Origin: Trichosphaerium sp. ATCC 40318
Taxonomy: Eukaryota; Protista; Tubulinea
DNA length: 64,000 nt
Reading direction: 5' to 3'
Assembly: GCA_038496445.1 (NCBI GenBank)
Contig: JALMLS010000420.1
Span: 620,001-684,000, forward strand
Shown here: in pieces, positions 1 through 13,586 of the stretch
Numbering within the stretch: the first letter of the stretch is position 1
Layout: every line of letters starts with the position of its first letter
Notes under the pieces: generated by a model
The model's database searches: none
The model's input: only the letters and a program-made list of their open reading frames with translations
Told to the model about the DNA's origin: nothing
Program-made: the position numbers and the translations under genes

Positions 1-140
1 CAGCTAAAATACTTATTTTCCATAAAACTGAGGACAGACAGCGAATTTAGTGTGTCAAAAATTACCATTTACGCTATTAGAACTTCTCTGGCGTGGAACT
101 AGATATTAATTCTCGCCTGGGCGATTTATGTATTTCAGAA

Positions 141-2338
141 ATGAATTTCCGAGTTAAGAGACGTACGAAAACCGCGCTAGTCTGTTTTTTAACCTCGAAC
201 ACATAGCTGTACAATCTACACCGCGTAGAGAATCAATTGCAAGTCAAGCAAGTCAGCCAACGCAACCAGCTCAACCAACAAGCGCAAGAGCACCAGTAGT
301 AGCGCCAATAGCTAAAAGTAATCCTTTATTTTTGTAATTCCAAAAACCGAAAAGAAAACTTACTTTTTTTTGTAGTAGCTAAACGTGTCAAATGTCATAC
401 AGCTTTTGAGCCAGAAGGTGATACTGAGGTTCAAATAAAGCCTGGAGATGTAATAGACATCATCAAAGAAGCAGATTCTGGTTGGTGGAAAGGAGTCAAT
501 ACCCGTAGCGGCGAAGAAGGTAGGCGCTTGTAGCAGAGTTTCCATTTTTTAATTGTTTTTTTTCAAAAAAGGTTGGTTTCCACCAGCGTATGTCACAGAA
601 ATAAAAGAAGAACCAAAGAAACCATTAGGCGTTGTAACAGCACCAAGAGGTATACATTTATAGTCAATTTCCATTACTTATTTGGTTTTTGTAGATTTGC
701 AACAGTCGGCTGGATTTTTCGCGAAAGGACCTAGTCCTAAGAAAACACCAAGTTTAATGCCACCAAAGCAACCTAGGTACATGACCATGAGGAGAAGGAG
801 TGTTGTTTAAATCTAACCTGAGTTAGCCTTGGTATTCAAACTGCGCCACACGCTGCAAAACCTGCGCCTGCGCCTGCATCATCTGGATCAATTTATGGTG
901 CATTTCCACCTTCCACATCTACTTCTGGTCGAAAGTTTGCCACTCCACCAAAATTTGCTCCTCCAAAGGCACCTATGGTGCGGTACAACTCCCAGAGCAA
1001 TGTTCGCGCTGGCGCCGGTAAAGTGACCTTTCATCCGAGGTAATAGCTTGAATACTTTGTCGTTCGAAAACTAACTACCCTTTCAGCACGCAAAAGCGAC
1101 CACAAGTGGCCGCTGCACCTGATCATAAATTTAACAAAGGGTACAGCGTGGGAGCAGCACCATCGACATACGGTGCTATACCTAGAGAAAAGCCTTTTTC
1201 GCGGCCTGAGCCTGTAGCTAAAGCTGCACCTACTACATCAGGATATGGAAGTATTCCAAGCTCATCTACATCGCCTGTACCTGCAAAACGTCCTGTACCT
1301 ACTAGCTTCCAAGGACCTTCAGTACAAGCAGAGTTTAACAAACCAAACCCTAAACAAGCGCCATCATCTTATGGGTACATTTGGTTTTATTTGCTTCCTC
1401 TTTTTTCTTGTAGACTTCTATTTCTTACGTTGTGATTTAGTGCGTTTCCTGTTCGTCAAGGGTCAGCTAAAGTACCTACGTCATTCAACCCTCCTAGTGA
1501 CAAAGCACCAGCAAAGAAAGCTTTCAACCCAGCAGCTAAGAAGAATGGTTTTGGACCAAAGAAAAATGGTTTGCGTGTTTTTCCAAAAAGGACTATCCCT
1601 AGTTTTGGTGGCGGCAGAAAGCGACCTGTTTCATCGTATGGAGCATTCCCTGCTACCCGACCAGCCAAGAGACCGGCTGCTATACCTCCAAAGAAGCGTA
1701 TAATGGCCAAAAGACCTATCCCTCGAGAATTTTCGCCCGGAAGAAAGATAAACCCTGTCTCTCCTCCAGTAGTGTCTAAGCCTGCTGTTGATGTCAGTGT
1801 CCAGGCAAATGTTACTGCGCCACCATCTGGCATCCCTCGAAAACCTAGTGGTCGTCCAACATCACCAAACATGCCACCACCAACACAATACACATCTGCT
1901 CCAACAAGACCTCCAGCACAGCCTTCTCCTGCTCCTGCTCCTGCTCCTCAGGTGGTAGCACCCACTGCAACCGTTACTGCACCTCAGGTGAGTACTATAG
2001 GCAATGCTGAAGTGCGTTTGCCTGGAGACAATTATGATGCCTTCCCAAGTATGGACGCTAATGTCCAAGTTGAGGCTAGTGCTCCTCAAGTTGCTGTTTC
2101 AGTCGCTGTTCAAGAACCACAACGTCCAGTTACCCCACCACCTCCTGCACGACCTACTGTTGATGAAATAGATGTTGGGGAGCTTGTCGAGGTTATGGAT
2201 ACACCTAAACCATCAGTATATGATGCAATGTTCGCTGGTATTAAGCTAGAGCTCATAAAGAAGGATGAAATGATTTTCACTCTTCAACAGAAAATTAGAG
2301 ATTTACAAGATCATATATTGAGCTTGCAAGCATCGTAG
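141..2338 (+). CDS. SH3-domain, proline-rich protein with short C-terminal coiled coil (multi-exon)
   Basis: Spliced exons give MNFRVKR..., then SH3 'KRVKCHTAFEPEGDTEVQIKPGDVIDIIKEADSGWWKG...G|WFPPAYV', a long Pro/Ala-rich region with repeated SYG-x-x-P motifs, and the tail 'LIKKDEMIFTLQQKIRDLQ'. Confidence 0.85.
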
Positions 2339-2399
2339 TGTTTTTTTAACTATGATTTTCAATACACGTGTAAAATGTACAATAGAAACCTACAAAAAA

Positions 2400-3990
2400 A
2401 AATGTTGTTAGTTTTTTAGCTGAAGCGATCCCAAGGGCTTTGTTGACTCTCTTGTTTTTTACTGTAGAGGTGTAACTTTATGTTGTATACTAAATTTGGA
2501 TGTTTTGCGGAACTACTAAAAAGGTGAGTATAAAAAAACGTGACAAATAAACAACAAAAATTGAATTCAATTAGAATTATATTGTGTTTCATGCAACAAG
2601 GCTGTTACAAACATGGCCTAGAGAACTCTCGGAAGTAGCATTAGCCCTTTGACAAGTGCAACAAAGCATACCAACATTACACTCTAACAGCAGTACTGTT
2701 GCGAACAAGTCACAATGCCCACTAAATTGTCAGCAAACAAACAGTGCGGGTTTTTTTGAGCACCGAAATAAAATCTATTTTCAGTACAAGTATTTTTTTA
2801 TTTACATCGTTGTTAGTTTTTATGAGCTTGGATAACTCTACCCCATGTTCAAGAGCCCACTCCTCAAACACTGTACAAAACAGCTTCTCGGAAACGTCTT
2901 CGTTAGGGTCAATCATGCAAGCTTCTGGTTTATGGTCTTGTTGGTGGTAAGAGTCACCTACCTTTCTTTTAGTCTTTTGGCTTTGTTTGTGCATACTGGA
3001 ACCGTTTTCTTCGTTTTTTGCCTCGCAGTTTTGAATTCCTGCGTTCCTGCCTTTCCTCTACACGTCCTGCTTTTTGTCTTGTTTGCGTGCTTTGGCTTCT
3101 TAGCAACGTTCTGATTTGTCTCTTCGCCTGTCTCGCTCGTTTCAAATTCCATAATGTTACAATGAGCTTGTGTGCTGTATACCGATTCTGCATCACCAAA
3201 CAGACTATTTGTGGCGTGGCAGTGGAACTGCTTCCCGGCTAATTTTGGTGCTCTTCTTATCCGTTTTTTGTCGCCTGAATAGAGCTCGGCTGAGTGATCA
3301 TGTGATAATTGACATGTTTTGTTATCTTGAGGTTGTTTCGCAATTGTTGTAAGTAACCTACATGCATGTTAAGTCAGTAACCTCGTTGAACACAGTGCTT
3401 GCTCTGGCATGGACGTTAGTATCTTAATCTTTGAGGACGGCATTTTTGGGTAGCTGGCACAGAAAGATTGCCATAGTAAATGAGCACACTAAACCGCGAA
3501 GAAAGTCGGTAAACGGTACGATCACGTTTTTTCAAACCAAAAAAGGCAAGCAATAAAGATCAAAACGTCACAAATGCTATAACGCACTTTTGTTATAAAA
3601 TCAATAGTGTTTTTGAGCGACAAACAGCTAAAAGAAGCTGTAACACAGAGACCATCCTTTTTTTGGATCAAAACAACCCTGAACCGCCATGATTTTTTAC
3701 AGAACACATGCGTTTAATACGGTTAGCTTCTTGTGTATTTTTTGTGGTGTTGAATTGCAGTACGTAACGAATTCATCTAAAAAAGAAATTTACAAAGCCG
3801 AAGCCTATGCCTGGTGTGTTCGAAGTAACGACACACATGCCGCCAATTTTGTCAAAAAAAGAGCAAGTGTTCGCACCATTTTCATTTTTTTTCCGCTGGT
3901 TTCTCCATCCAATTGTATACAATTCAGATAGTAATAGCAATGCTTTCAGCAAGGTACATTTGCAGATTTCCAAACAATAAACGCTCATGT
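2400..3990 (-). CDS. Hypothetical multi-exon protein
   Basis: Minus-strand open stretch of about 3355-2958 continues in frame into the ORF 'MEFETSETGEE...' and is flanked by plausible GT-AG introns. No family recognised and the ends are uncertain. Confidence 0.3.
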
Positions 3991-4235
3991 GCGTTCTCTA
4001 CGCATCAAAGAAGTATAAAACCAATAGCGCAACGCCAAAGCGTATTGAGACGCCAGGTAAACGTGAATAAAGAAAAAAAAACGCACACGGCCCTTTACAC
4101 TGCAAAGAGCTATTTAATCTACTTTTACTACAAGCCTAACCGCATCACGGTATTTGCGGTAAAACTGACGGGCTGTCGTAGAAATTTGGTCGTATTTCGG
4201 ATATATTTGCTAGAACCTATTCAACAACGCAACAA

Positions 4236-5419
4236 ATGAGCACAGAAACACTAAAATTATATAACTCTGACTTCTGTCCTTTTGGACAAAGGGTACAACA
4301 TGATTTAACAGTCAACTTCTAATATTAAGTGTTCAGGCATGGATCGCAGCCATAGAGCTTGGTATACCGTTTAAAACTCAACACGTTAATTTTTTGGATA
4401 AAGGGCGTGAGGACACTAAAGAATTCCTTGCTGTATCACCTAGCGGTACTGTACGTCTTTTAAAGCAAGTTACACAAAGAAAAAAAAATTCGTTATCAAT
4501 CGTTGGTCTTTTTTTATGGATGAAAACTTCGTTTGTTGAGTACTACCCTTAGGTTCCTGCTGGTATTTACAAGGGTAACGAAGTTTATGACTCGTTAAAC
4601 ATGATTGAATACCTGCAAAATGCGTTTGGTGGTGATGTTAAACTATTCCCTGAAGACCCTTATGAAGGCTTTAAAGCACGTGCTATGTTAGAGAAACATG
4701 GTAAATACGTAGGAGCTTTTTATCAATTTTTGATGGCTCAGGTATGTCACTTCTCCATGTGTTTTTTCCAAGCTCACAAACAGAACAGGGAGATGATATT
4801 CCAGCAAAAAAGAGGCGTATGTTGCGTGCTTGAAGGCTCTAAATGAAGATATTGTTGGTCCGTACTTTATGGGCAAAGACTTTACTATTCTTGATGTTGT
4901 ACGTTATCTTTTGGAATTTCAACAGAACTCATTGGTTTTTGTTATTCCTATTTTTTTCCTTCTAATTTACTCCAATAGGCTTTTATTCCTTTCAACGAGC
5001 GCGCTGAGATTCTTTTACCGCACTACAAAAACTTCGAAACGCCTAGCGAGCTTACAAACTTTTTAAAATGGGTAGAAACAGTCAAACAACGCGAATCGTA
5101 CAAGGTACTACTAACTCTTTGATATCACGTGGACAACCTCATTAAGTTTTCGAGTTTAACTTCAATAGTAACCCGCTATTTAGGTATCCGCTGCTGATAG
5201 AGTCAAAGGAAGCATAGAGGCACTACCAGAGGACTGGGCTCACATCACTGATAGAACTGAATATATTAGAACAGTGTTCGTCCTTTTTTTAACTTCCAAG
5301 CCATCACAATTCTAATTTCATGTAGATACGCTGGATACGCATCAGGTGATGGTCCGGGAAAGTTCAGAAAAGCTTACCAAGAGCGCATGAACGAAAAGCG
5401 CGCAAACGCCAAAAAATAG
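4236..5419 (+). CDS. Glutathione S-transferase, omega/lambda/DHAR-like
   Basis: MSTETLKLYNSDFCPFGQR|AWIA... with the CPF active-site motif, 'SPSGT|VP', 'DSLNMIEYL' and 'GPYFMGKDFTILDV'. Confidence 0.9.
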
Positions 5420-6214
5420 ATTGTTGAGATAATCTAGAACAAGTGTTAAATAAATTTTGATTAAAAAGTTCGACACCAAAAGATACAAGTACTAGCTCGT
5501 ATTAAATGCTGCGCCACTAAATTTGCCAAGTATACATTTCTTTCATTTAAAAACCAGCGTGTGATGACTTCGTTTATTGTGGCGCTCTGAAATCTAAACC
5601 TTACGGGTGAGGTAGATTGATAAAAAATGTAATTCTACGATTATTAGCTATCAATGGTAAGTTGCAAATCTTGTTTCACATTTCACGTGACTGTATTCTA
5701 TTGCAAAATGTCAATTGTAAACAACACTGTATACCACTTTACAGCCACTCGGTGCTGTTTGATGGCATTTGTTTGCAAACAAACCAAAAATGACTACGCT
5801 ACTACGAATTGTTAAAGCCAGATTTCTGTGGTGCAGAGCATTACTCCAGAAACCTACAAAAACGAGGGTGTTCACTATCGTCAGGTCCACTACTTACGCC
5901 CAGTTTATGCATGAATAGCGCTAAGTAAGTGTAATAACACCATTGCGAGTATTTTCAGCAAGTAGAAATGCAATACCTTTGCTTGAAAATCATTTCCTGG
6001 CTTTTTTCGATACGAATGCTACTGTACCAGCGTTTTTTTAAGTTTTGACAGACTTGAAACGGCTAAAATACGATTTTGTCGAGCGAGGTTCGCTATAACA
6101 CCTAGGGCTACTGTACGTATTAACAGCGCACAGCGGGTGGTTTCTGTACTTAATGGTAAAATAAAGCGGCTTAAAATTCGAACAGTAAACTTGGATTTTT
6201 AGTGAGCCAATACC

Positions 6215-8317
6215 ATGTTAGTGAGAACCACATGTCGTCTCGTACAAGTACAAACTGGTGTTAGTACTACCAGAACACAGGTAAATACGCACTTGGCGAT
6301 TATATACTTACGTTGTAGACTCGCTTTGCTTCAGAGCGAGTGGACGTAGCCCAAAGAACACCTGAAGAGCGCGCTGAGAAGCGCCTTTCAAGAAATCTCT
6401 GGTTTGGACGTGGAAAGAGCCAAACAGGCGTACTTCCACTTGAGGATCAGGTAGCCGAACTCCCACCAACAGGGAAGCCACTTAAAAGACCTGGCGTATC
6501 ATCCTTCACTCTTGAAAATGGTCTACGAGTTATTACCACAGACATGCCTGTACCTGGAGTTTCTATTAGTTTGTTTAAACAATTGGGTCCTCGCTTCGAA
6601 ACAAGCAAGTCTTTTGGCTCAAGCCACTATCTCAAACATCTGTATTTGAGGGTACGTTTAATGATATTTCTCTACGCCATGCTCAAATATTCGTACTTCG
6701 TATGTATTTTAGCGTATCCTTACTTTGTTTGTGTAGGATAATGGCTGGCGCTTTAATATTGAAACAGCACGTCACTTGGAGGTCGCTGGCGCTGATATGA
6801 CTGTTTCCTACGACAGAGAGCACTTTCACCACCAATTTAAAGGTGTCAACAAAAACTCTGTAAAAGAATTGGGTATGGAGTTCGTAAGGTAAGATATACA
6901 CGAATTGGGCGCACCGCGGTTCTTTTTTCCGAGCCGCATTATTCTTTTTACCCTTACACTGCCTAACACTTATCGAAGAAATACCTGGGCACCTGGTATT
7001 CAAAATTGGGACGCAAACGAGTCCCGTAAGCTCATTAGAGAAGAAGTCGCAAGCGCAAGTTCAGACCCTCAACACGTTGTAATCGACGCTGTACACGCGT
7101 AAGCATACCCGAAAATAATTATTCAACGCATTTTGATCAAAATAACCGCGCATTGGAGCTGATTTCGTTTTTAGCAAAGCTTTCGGTTCTAATACCTTAG
7201 GTAATGGTTTGTACTGTCCTAACTACAAAATTACCAACACCAATGATGATGTCGTATACGAGTACCTCCACGGCATGCAATCCCCAGAGCGTATGGTCCT
7301 TGTAACTTCTTGCTACGATCTTGAGAAAGCAAAAGAAATGGCAAACACTTTCTATAACATGCCAAAATGCGACACTGTTGCACCTGCACCTGCTAAGTAC
7401 CTTGGTGGTGAAGAAGAAGTCATTCCTGGTGACTACAACAGCACACATGCTGCTATTGTATGGTCTGGAGAGGTGCGTACACAGGATATTTTGTTCATTG
7501 TTTTTTTTGGTTTGCGTTAGTTTTTTGTATAAATATTGTTTTGTCCTCTGTGCGGGTTTCTAATGATTGTAGACTGTTTCATCTAAGGATGCTGTTGCTC
7601 AAACCGTTCTCGCTGCTGTTCTCGGCCAATACGGACCAGTACGATAAAGAAATACGCTAAAAAACCGAATATTAATAATTTTTGTTTAGCTCAGCTGGGA
7701 AAACTCTGTTGGATCCGGTGTTTCTGGTCGTATGCACAAATTAATTAAATCTGATGATGCTATTATCCGCGGTAAGGTTCTTAACCTTCCTTACTCTGAT
7801 GGTACGTTGTAAATTGCGTCTTCGCGTTTGTCTGTTGCTGACGTTTGTTTAGCTGGTCTATTCGGTCTCGTTGCTGAAGGAGCAGATGGTACTGCCAACG
7901 AACTTGTTGTACGTATTTTTTCAAAGTGTTTGTGCGATTAGAGCTTGTTTTTGACGCTTTTTAGGACAAATTGGTCGCTCAAGCTACCGGTCTCAAATCC
8001 GTTACAGAAAAAGAACTTGCTACCGCAAAGGGTGTAGCCAAGGGCCGTGCAGTCGCTGCTTTGGATGACCCTGCAGAGTTCACCAAATTCCTTGGCGAAC
8101 AAGCCTTGTACAACGCTGTTAACTTGACACCTCAAGAATACGTCAAGGCTGTTGATGCCGTCACACTCGCTGATGTAAACCGCGTTTCCAAAAAGATTTT
8201 TAGCTCCAAACCAACAGTTGCCGTTTCAGGTACGCTACACAAAGAACTATTAAAAGACGTCATTTTCTTACTCTTCTGCTTTTAGGAAATGTCGAAAACT
8301 ACACCAAACATTTTTAG
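6215..8317 (+). CDS. Peptidase M16 family non-catalytic subunit (cytochrome bc1 core protein 2 / MPP-alpha-like)
   Basis: Basic mitochondrial-like presequence, 'TLENGLRV', 'GPRFE..GSSHYLKHL' (HxxEH degenerate), 'NLPYSD|GLFG' and 'VDAVTLADVNRVSKKIFSSKPTVAVSG'. Confidence 0.85.
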
Positions 8318-8552
8318 ATGATTTAGTTTGACAACTTCGTGGGTATTCATTGCACCAACTTTTTGTCTGTAAGTGACATGTAAAAAAGTATTAAACCAAA
8401 GACAGGACGCGGTAATAACATAATTTTTCGTGTGTGTTGTAATGTTATGATTTGTTTTCTTTGGTAAAAGAATGGTTGATAATGGAGGGAAATTTGAGGC
8501 TATCTTGGCTTATCTTGTTTTAAATTTATTGTTAAGCAACTCTTTGTGGTAA

Positions 8553-10476
8553 ATGCTTGTTCGACGCGGGTTTAGAAGTGTTTGCGAACGCGTGTATGTT
8601 GCTGGTATTTTTTTAGATTCCGTACACTAATTTATCGCTTTGTAGCAGGTTACCGCGTGTTGTGGCGCGTAGAGCAAGTAGTTCTTGTGATAGCACCAAC
8701 GTCAAACGCGTTTCAATAGACAACCAGACAAAAGGCGTAAATATCACATGGAAAGACTCACACACCAGCGCCGTACGATTTGTACTGTAGCAATTTTTAA
8801 CGCCTGTCGACAGTTTCATTTCGACTGGCTACGCGACAATTGCCCTCAGCGGGTAGAAAAACACTCCGGACAGAAACTGGATACAGTATTGGATTTCTCA
8901 AACCGCCTTTCTGTAAAAGGCCATGATTTGTACGGAACGCATCAATTTACGCAATTACTAAGCTCAAAAAGGTCATCAAAGGAGTTACAGATAGAATGGG
9001 ATAACCAACACAAAAGCACGTTTTCGTTAACTTGGCTGCGCCAAAATTGCTGCTCTCGCTCTGAGAGACTAAAACGAGCTAAAAACATCACTCCTGGTAC
9101 ACTTAAATTATCATAACGAATCTAATCCAGTGGAGATTTGTGGAACAAGAAAATTATGACGCACGACACGCTACATACAGTAGACTGCGCTACCTTTCTA
9201 GGCAACGAAGAAAGTACGTACATAAACAACAAAGGTGTAAAATCAACAGAGAAATAACATCCTTTTTTGAATAGCCCAATGGAAGTTACTTCGTGCCCTT
9301 AGTGATGATGGTATAACTCTTGTTACATCGTGCCCACAAAAGCATGGTGTAGTATCACAAGTTGCTGAAACTATTGGTCCTATATGTAACACAGTGTACG
9401 GGAAAACTTGGTTAGTTAAAGCTGTACCGGATCCTGAGAATTTGGCGTATTCTTCGCTTCCTTTGCCACCACACCAGGATTTACTGTACGTGACACATGT
9501 TAATCAAAAGTACTAATTAGTGCATGTGTTTAAAGGTACTATGAATCTCCTCCTGGCTTACAACTGCTTCATTGTATAACTTTTGATGAAATGGAAGGAG
9601 GTGAAACGTTTTTTATAGATGGCTTCAATGTACTATTTTGCTTCTATTTAGTACTTCTTTGATAGTTACTAGGCAGCTGATATACTTCGTAAAAACAATC
9701 CAGAAGCTTTTAAAACACTTACGAAGGTTCCTATGACGTTTAGTAACTTCAGGACTGAATACAAGCTAAAATACAGGTTGGTTAATAGAAAAATGAAGTC
9801 TACTCTTGTGATGGTTTTTCATGATTATGTAGGCGTCATATTATTCAATTAGATGATTTAGAAAATGTTACAGGTGTAAATATATCTCCTCCTTGGGAAG
9901 GTGCACTTGTGGCGGATTCAGAAGATGTAGGAAAATTCTACGAAAGTTACAGAGAATTTATGAAGGTACAACTTTCAAATGCAGTTTTTGAGTTGTTATT
10001 AGTACAGCGACTTTTTCAAATTACTAAAACGCAGCCACTACAGGCACATCTTTGAAATATTGTTAGCGAGCGTTTTTGATAAAACGTGTGGTAAAAGAAG
10101 TAGTGTTATTTTTTTTTTTCACTACTATCTGAAAGGCTGCGTTTTTATTTTTTTGTTAGATACTTGAGGATCCACAAAATCGTTACATGAGGAAACTAAA
10201 ACCCGGTGAACTTGTTGTATTTAATAATAGAAGATTACTTCATGGTAGAGAAGGATTTGGTGCTGATGCAGGTCACAGAGAGTTTGAGGTGAACGCAACT
10301 AGTTTTAATGCTATTTTTCCTATTTTATTCTGTTTTTTTTTGCATGTTGACGTTGATTCCAGGGAGCTTATGTGTCTCTTGATGATTTTTCTAATAGATT
10401 TCATAATCTAAAAGAAATATTTGATGATAAGGATGAAGCTGTATTGAAACGGTTGGGGAATAATAGCGTATTTTAA
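8553..10476 (+). CDS. Gamma-butyrobetaine dioxygenase-like Fe(II)/2OG dioxygenase (TauD family)
   Basis: 'DWLRDNC' N-domain, 'LAYSSLPLPPHQDL|YYESPPGLQLLHC', 'GGETFFIDGF' and 'LKPGELVVFNNRRLLHGREGF'. Confidence 0.88.
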
Positions 10477-10969
10477 ACCAAAAGAAAAACGCAGATCGTT
10501 TTGCAAAAAAAGTATTGAAGAAATATCTCTTGTGCACATAGATTATATTCTTTCTCATTGTTAAGCTCTAACCACACGATGTTTACAGCATCCTTTGTAG
10601 TGCTTTATAAACAATATTTGTACCCAACAGATAAAATCAAAAGTAAAAAAGAATCAGATTGGTTGTATTTTTAAATCACGTTATCCCTCTGTTACAATGA
10701 ACACCTTTCACCGTTTAAATTTCTGGCATCATTTGACGCTACCGTGCTACTTTTGAGGGCGTGCTAAAGTAATAATTAGCTTTGATAATGTTGAGAAGTA
10801 AACTGTTTTTAAGAGAAATTACTTGACCTTTTACGTTGCAAACGGGTTAATTTAAGGCTAATTTAAGGATTTGTACTGCATAGAGATGGTGACAATTTAT
10901 CTCATTTAGCCGGGAAATTTAATTTCTGATTCAAGAAAGGAGTAAAATGTACAAAGAACAATTTAATTA

Positions 10970-11310
10970 GGCCACATTCGACCTTCTCGCTCTCCCATTT
11001 GAACTATTTGTTTAAATTCTTAAACAAGGAAACACTATGAAGTTATTGGCAGGTGTACACATCATTGCTTGGAATCAGCCAATATAACAGGTGGAGGTGT
11101 TGTCTGGTATATATGACATTAGCTTGTCGAATATAACAGATGAAGGCTTAACAGCATTGTCAGGTATACAGTATTGATTTGAGTGTTGTCAATCACTAAC
11201 ATATAATGGCATCAAAGCAATGCCTGGTGTAGTTTATTTCAAACTGTGTAACAGAAAGGTATCAAAGCATTGGCTGGTGTTCATACAATAGTGCTTTGTC
11301 TCGTATTAAT
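10970..11310 (+). pseudogene. Decayed F-box + LRR gene fragment
   Basis: 'FDLLALPFELFV*IL' followed by broken repeats 'LAGVHII', 'LSGIYDISLSNITDEGLTALSGI' and 'GIKALAGVHTI', with frameshifts and stops and no introns seen. Confidence 0.55.
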
Positions 11311-11439
11311 GATTTCACATATCTACTATTATATTGGAGGCAAAACTGCAAAATAAGACATGTGACTTTAGCTGTTAGGCTAAAGGAATAAACTTAAAAC
11401 CAAACAAACAATGGTGACTTTCGCTGTTTTTTTTTAGGG

Positions 11440-13465
11440 TGATTTTCAATATTGTCTTCATCATTGTCTTTATCACTATCTTCACCCTCACCCCTCCTTC
11501 GTTTATTTTATCTCTTTTCTGGGATGAACCTCTTCAAGAGCTTATTTTCTAGTTTTAGTTCTTTGTTTTCCTCTTGAAGTGTTTCATTTCTATTTGGGTT
11601 CGCAAACAATTTGTTGCACTTCGGTTTCTGTGTAAAAACCCTCCGTATTCTCCTTCAAGAAGTTGAATTCTTCAAGCATCTCTCTCATACAGTCTACATA
11701 TAGAGTTAGCGTTGAAAACAAGAAAAAAAAAGAACAAAAACAACTGTTTGTTGAAAGTATGAACCGATGAAGAGTCGAGATGTTTCTGCTTTAGCTGGCA
11801 CTTTACCAGTTATTATTTTGAAACTTCTCCGTACAAAATGGAATGAATCAGGCATACTCGTTGCAAAATTAAAACCCGGGAACTGTTTTTAAAGGTTTTT
11901 GACCGGCGTGTGCAACCATATGCCTGTTTTCCACTAGTCTGTAAAGGCAGTAATCAAGGTCTTCTCTTTCGAACCTGTTCAAGCCGAGCAAGAGAACTCC
12001 CAATTTTTTTCAAAAAACGCCCTCCAGCCTGAAAGGTCTCGTATTTCGCTGTGTGCACCTCTCCAAGGTACCTTGATAGCGCTTTGCTCTACCACGTGAC
12101 GAATCAAGCGGCAGAGCAACCGTGTGGCTTTAATAAAAAACCGATGCGTTTAACTGCCCTACGTGTTTCAATCACCAGCAGAGCGATTGCCGTTCTCATC
12201 TAACACCATTTTACGCTCTGGTAGACTGTGAAAGTTGTTAGAGTTTAGGTGGAAAAAAAAGGCGAAAAACGTACTCGAAATCAAGCAGCTGTTCAAGTTC
12301 TTCTGTTTGCAGCTCGAAGCTTACTAAGTTGGTATTAGCAACGTGAACACAAAACGTAGAAAACGTACTCTTACATTTGTGGTTGAAGAGGTCCACGTTA
12401 TCTGTTGTCGGTGACGCTCTATAGCAAATTGTAAGCAAAGGAGATTTATTTTTTTTATGACGTCAAAAACAAGTGACAGGTGTAAAATAAAATAAAAAGT
12501 AGTCGATTTACTCTACGTACTTTGGTTCAGGAGAGCAGTTAGCCGTTCTGTGTGGTTTTGGTGGCTCGTTAACTAAAACCGTTAACGAAACTGTCGATGA
12601 AACTGGTAAAAAACGAATTCAAAAAGTACGCACAAGCTATGTGTGGTGATCCACTGTGCCCTGACGGTTTTGGGATAGAATTTGTGTTGTTGTCTAAATA
12701 ATGTAAGCGAAATAGAAACTTTTGAAGGCCACGTGGTATTGTAACGTACTAGTATCAGAAGAGGGTTTCTTTTAGCTCATATTGGTTTTCTTCCTTAGTG
12801 GAGGATGTAAAGTGCTTTTTGACAAGCTTTGATGTGATGTACATCGAGTCAATAAACTTCCCATCACTGTGAATATCGTCTAAAAACCTTCTCTGGATGC
12901 TATTGGTGCTCTACGTATTGTTTCCTTACGTAGAAGAGAGTGAAACACTTTTCAAGATTTTTACTTTTTTGTGTTGTGCAATATCTTTAATAATGCACCA
13001 GTTGGATATCTTGATCGCTTAAAATACGTTTTATGCAACAAAAAACGACCTATCTATTACTTGAGTGACTTTTTCTGAATGTAATTGAGAATAGTTTCAA
13101 TCACATGATTGATTTTTTTTGCCAATTTTCGAAACAGACCTTAACTTTTTTTTGCACTCCTTCCACTCTTGGAGGACAAAATCTAATGAGAATCTCACAT
13201 GTAGCCTCTGAAGCTATTGATTTCTTGAATATTACTTAAAACCAATGATGTGATTAGTGTGGAAAGTGAGAAGCACTGGCATTGAAATATTAGAATCTAT
13301 GTTTGCAAAGCAGCTTCTATTCCAGCAGTTATGAAATACAAGGTTCATTCAAAATCTATTTATTTTCAACTCAACAGTAACTTACAATCTAAACGGTGAG
13401 TAAAACGCCTTGTTCAATCAAGAAATGCAACTTTTGACTGCATTTTGTTTGCTTGTTTATCATTT
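11440..13465 (-). pseudogene. Probable degraded multi-exon gene of unknown family with C-terminal coiled coil
   Basis: Exon-like blocks bounded by GT-AG ('RSRYPTGALLKILHNTK', 'STNSIQRRFLDDIHSDGKFIDS', 'NETLQEENKELKLENKLLKR'). Several in-frame stops or frame breaks remained when I spliced by eye. Confidence 0.35.
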
Positions 13466-13586
13466 TGCGACATTATGATTTGTGTTAAAATCAGAACTAC
13501 CTATGATTCTATGAATATAATACAACTTAGACGCTTTTGGTATTTAACTTAATTGTTTCCTTCTTTATTGGACACAGCAATACCTG

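Noticed and set aside
5561-5620. Box C/D snoRNA (GTGATGA...CTGA)
   Set aside because: The spacing is too short, with no clear terminal stem or recognisable rRNA guide.
6714-6722. U12-type donor GTATCCTT
   Set aside because: It lies inside an ordinary GT-AG intron (about 6652-6737) that already restores the frame.
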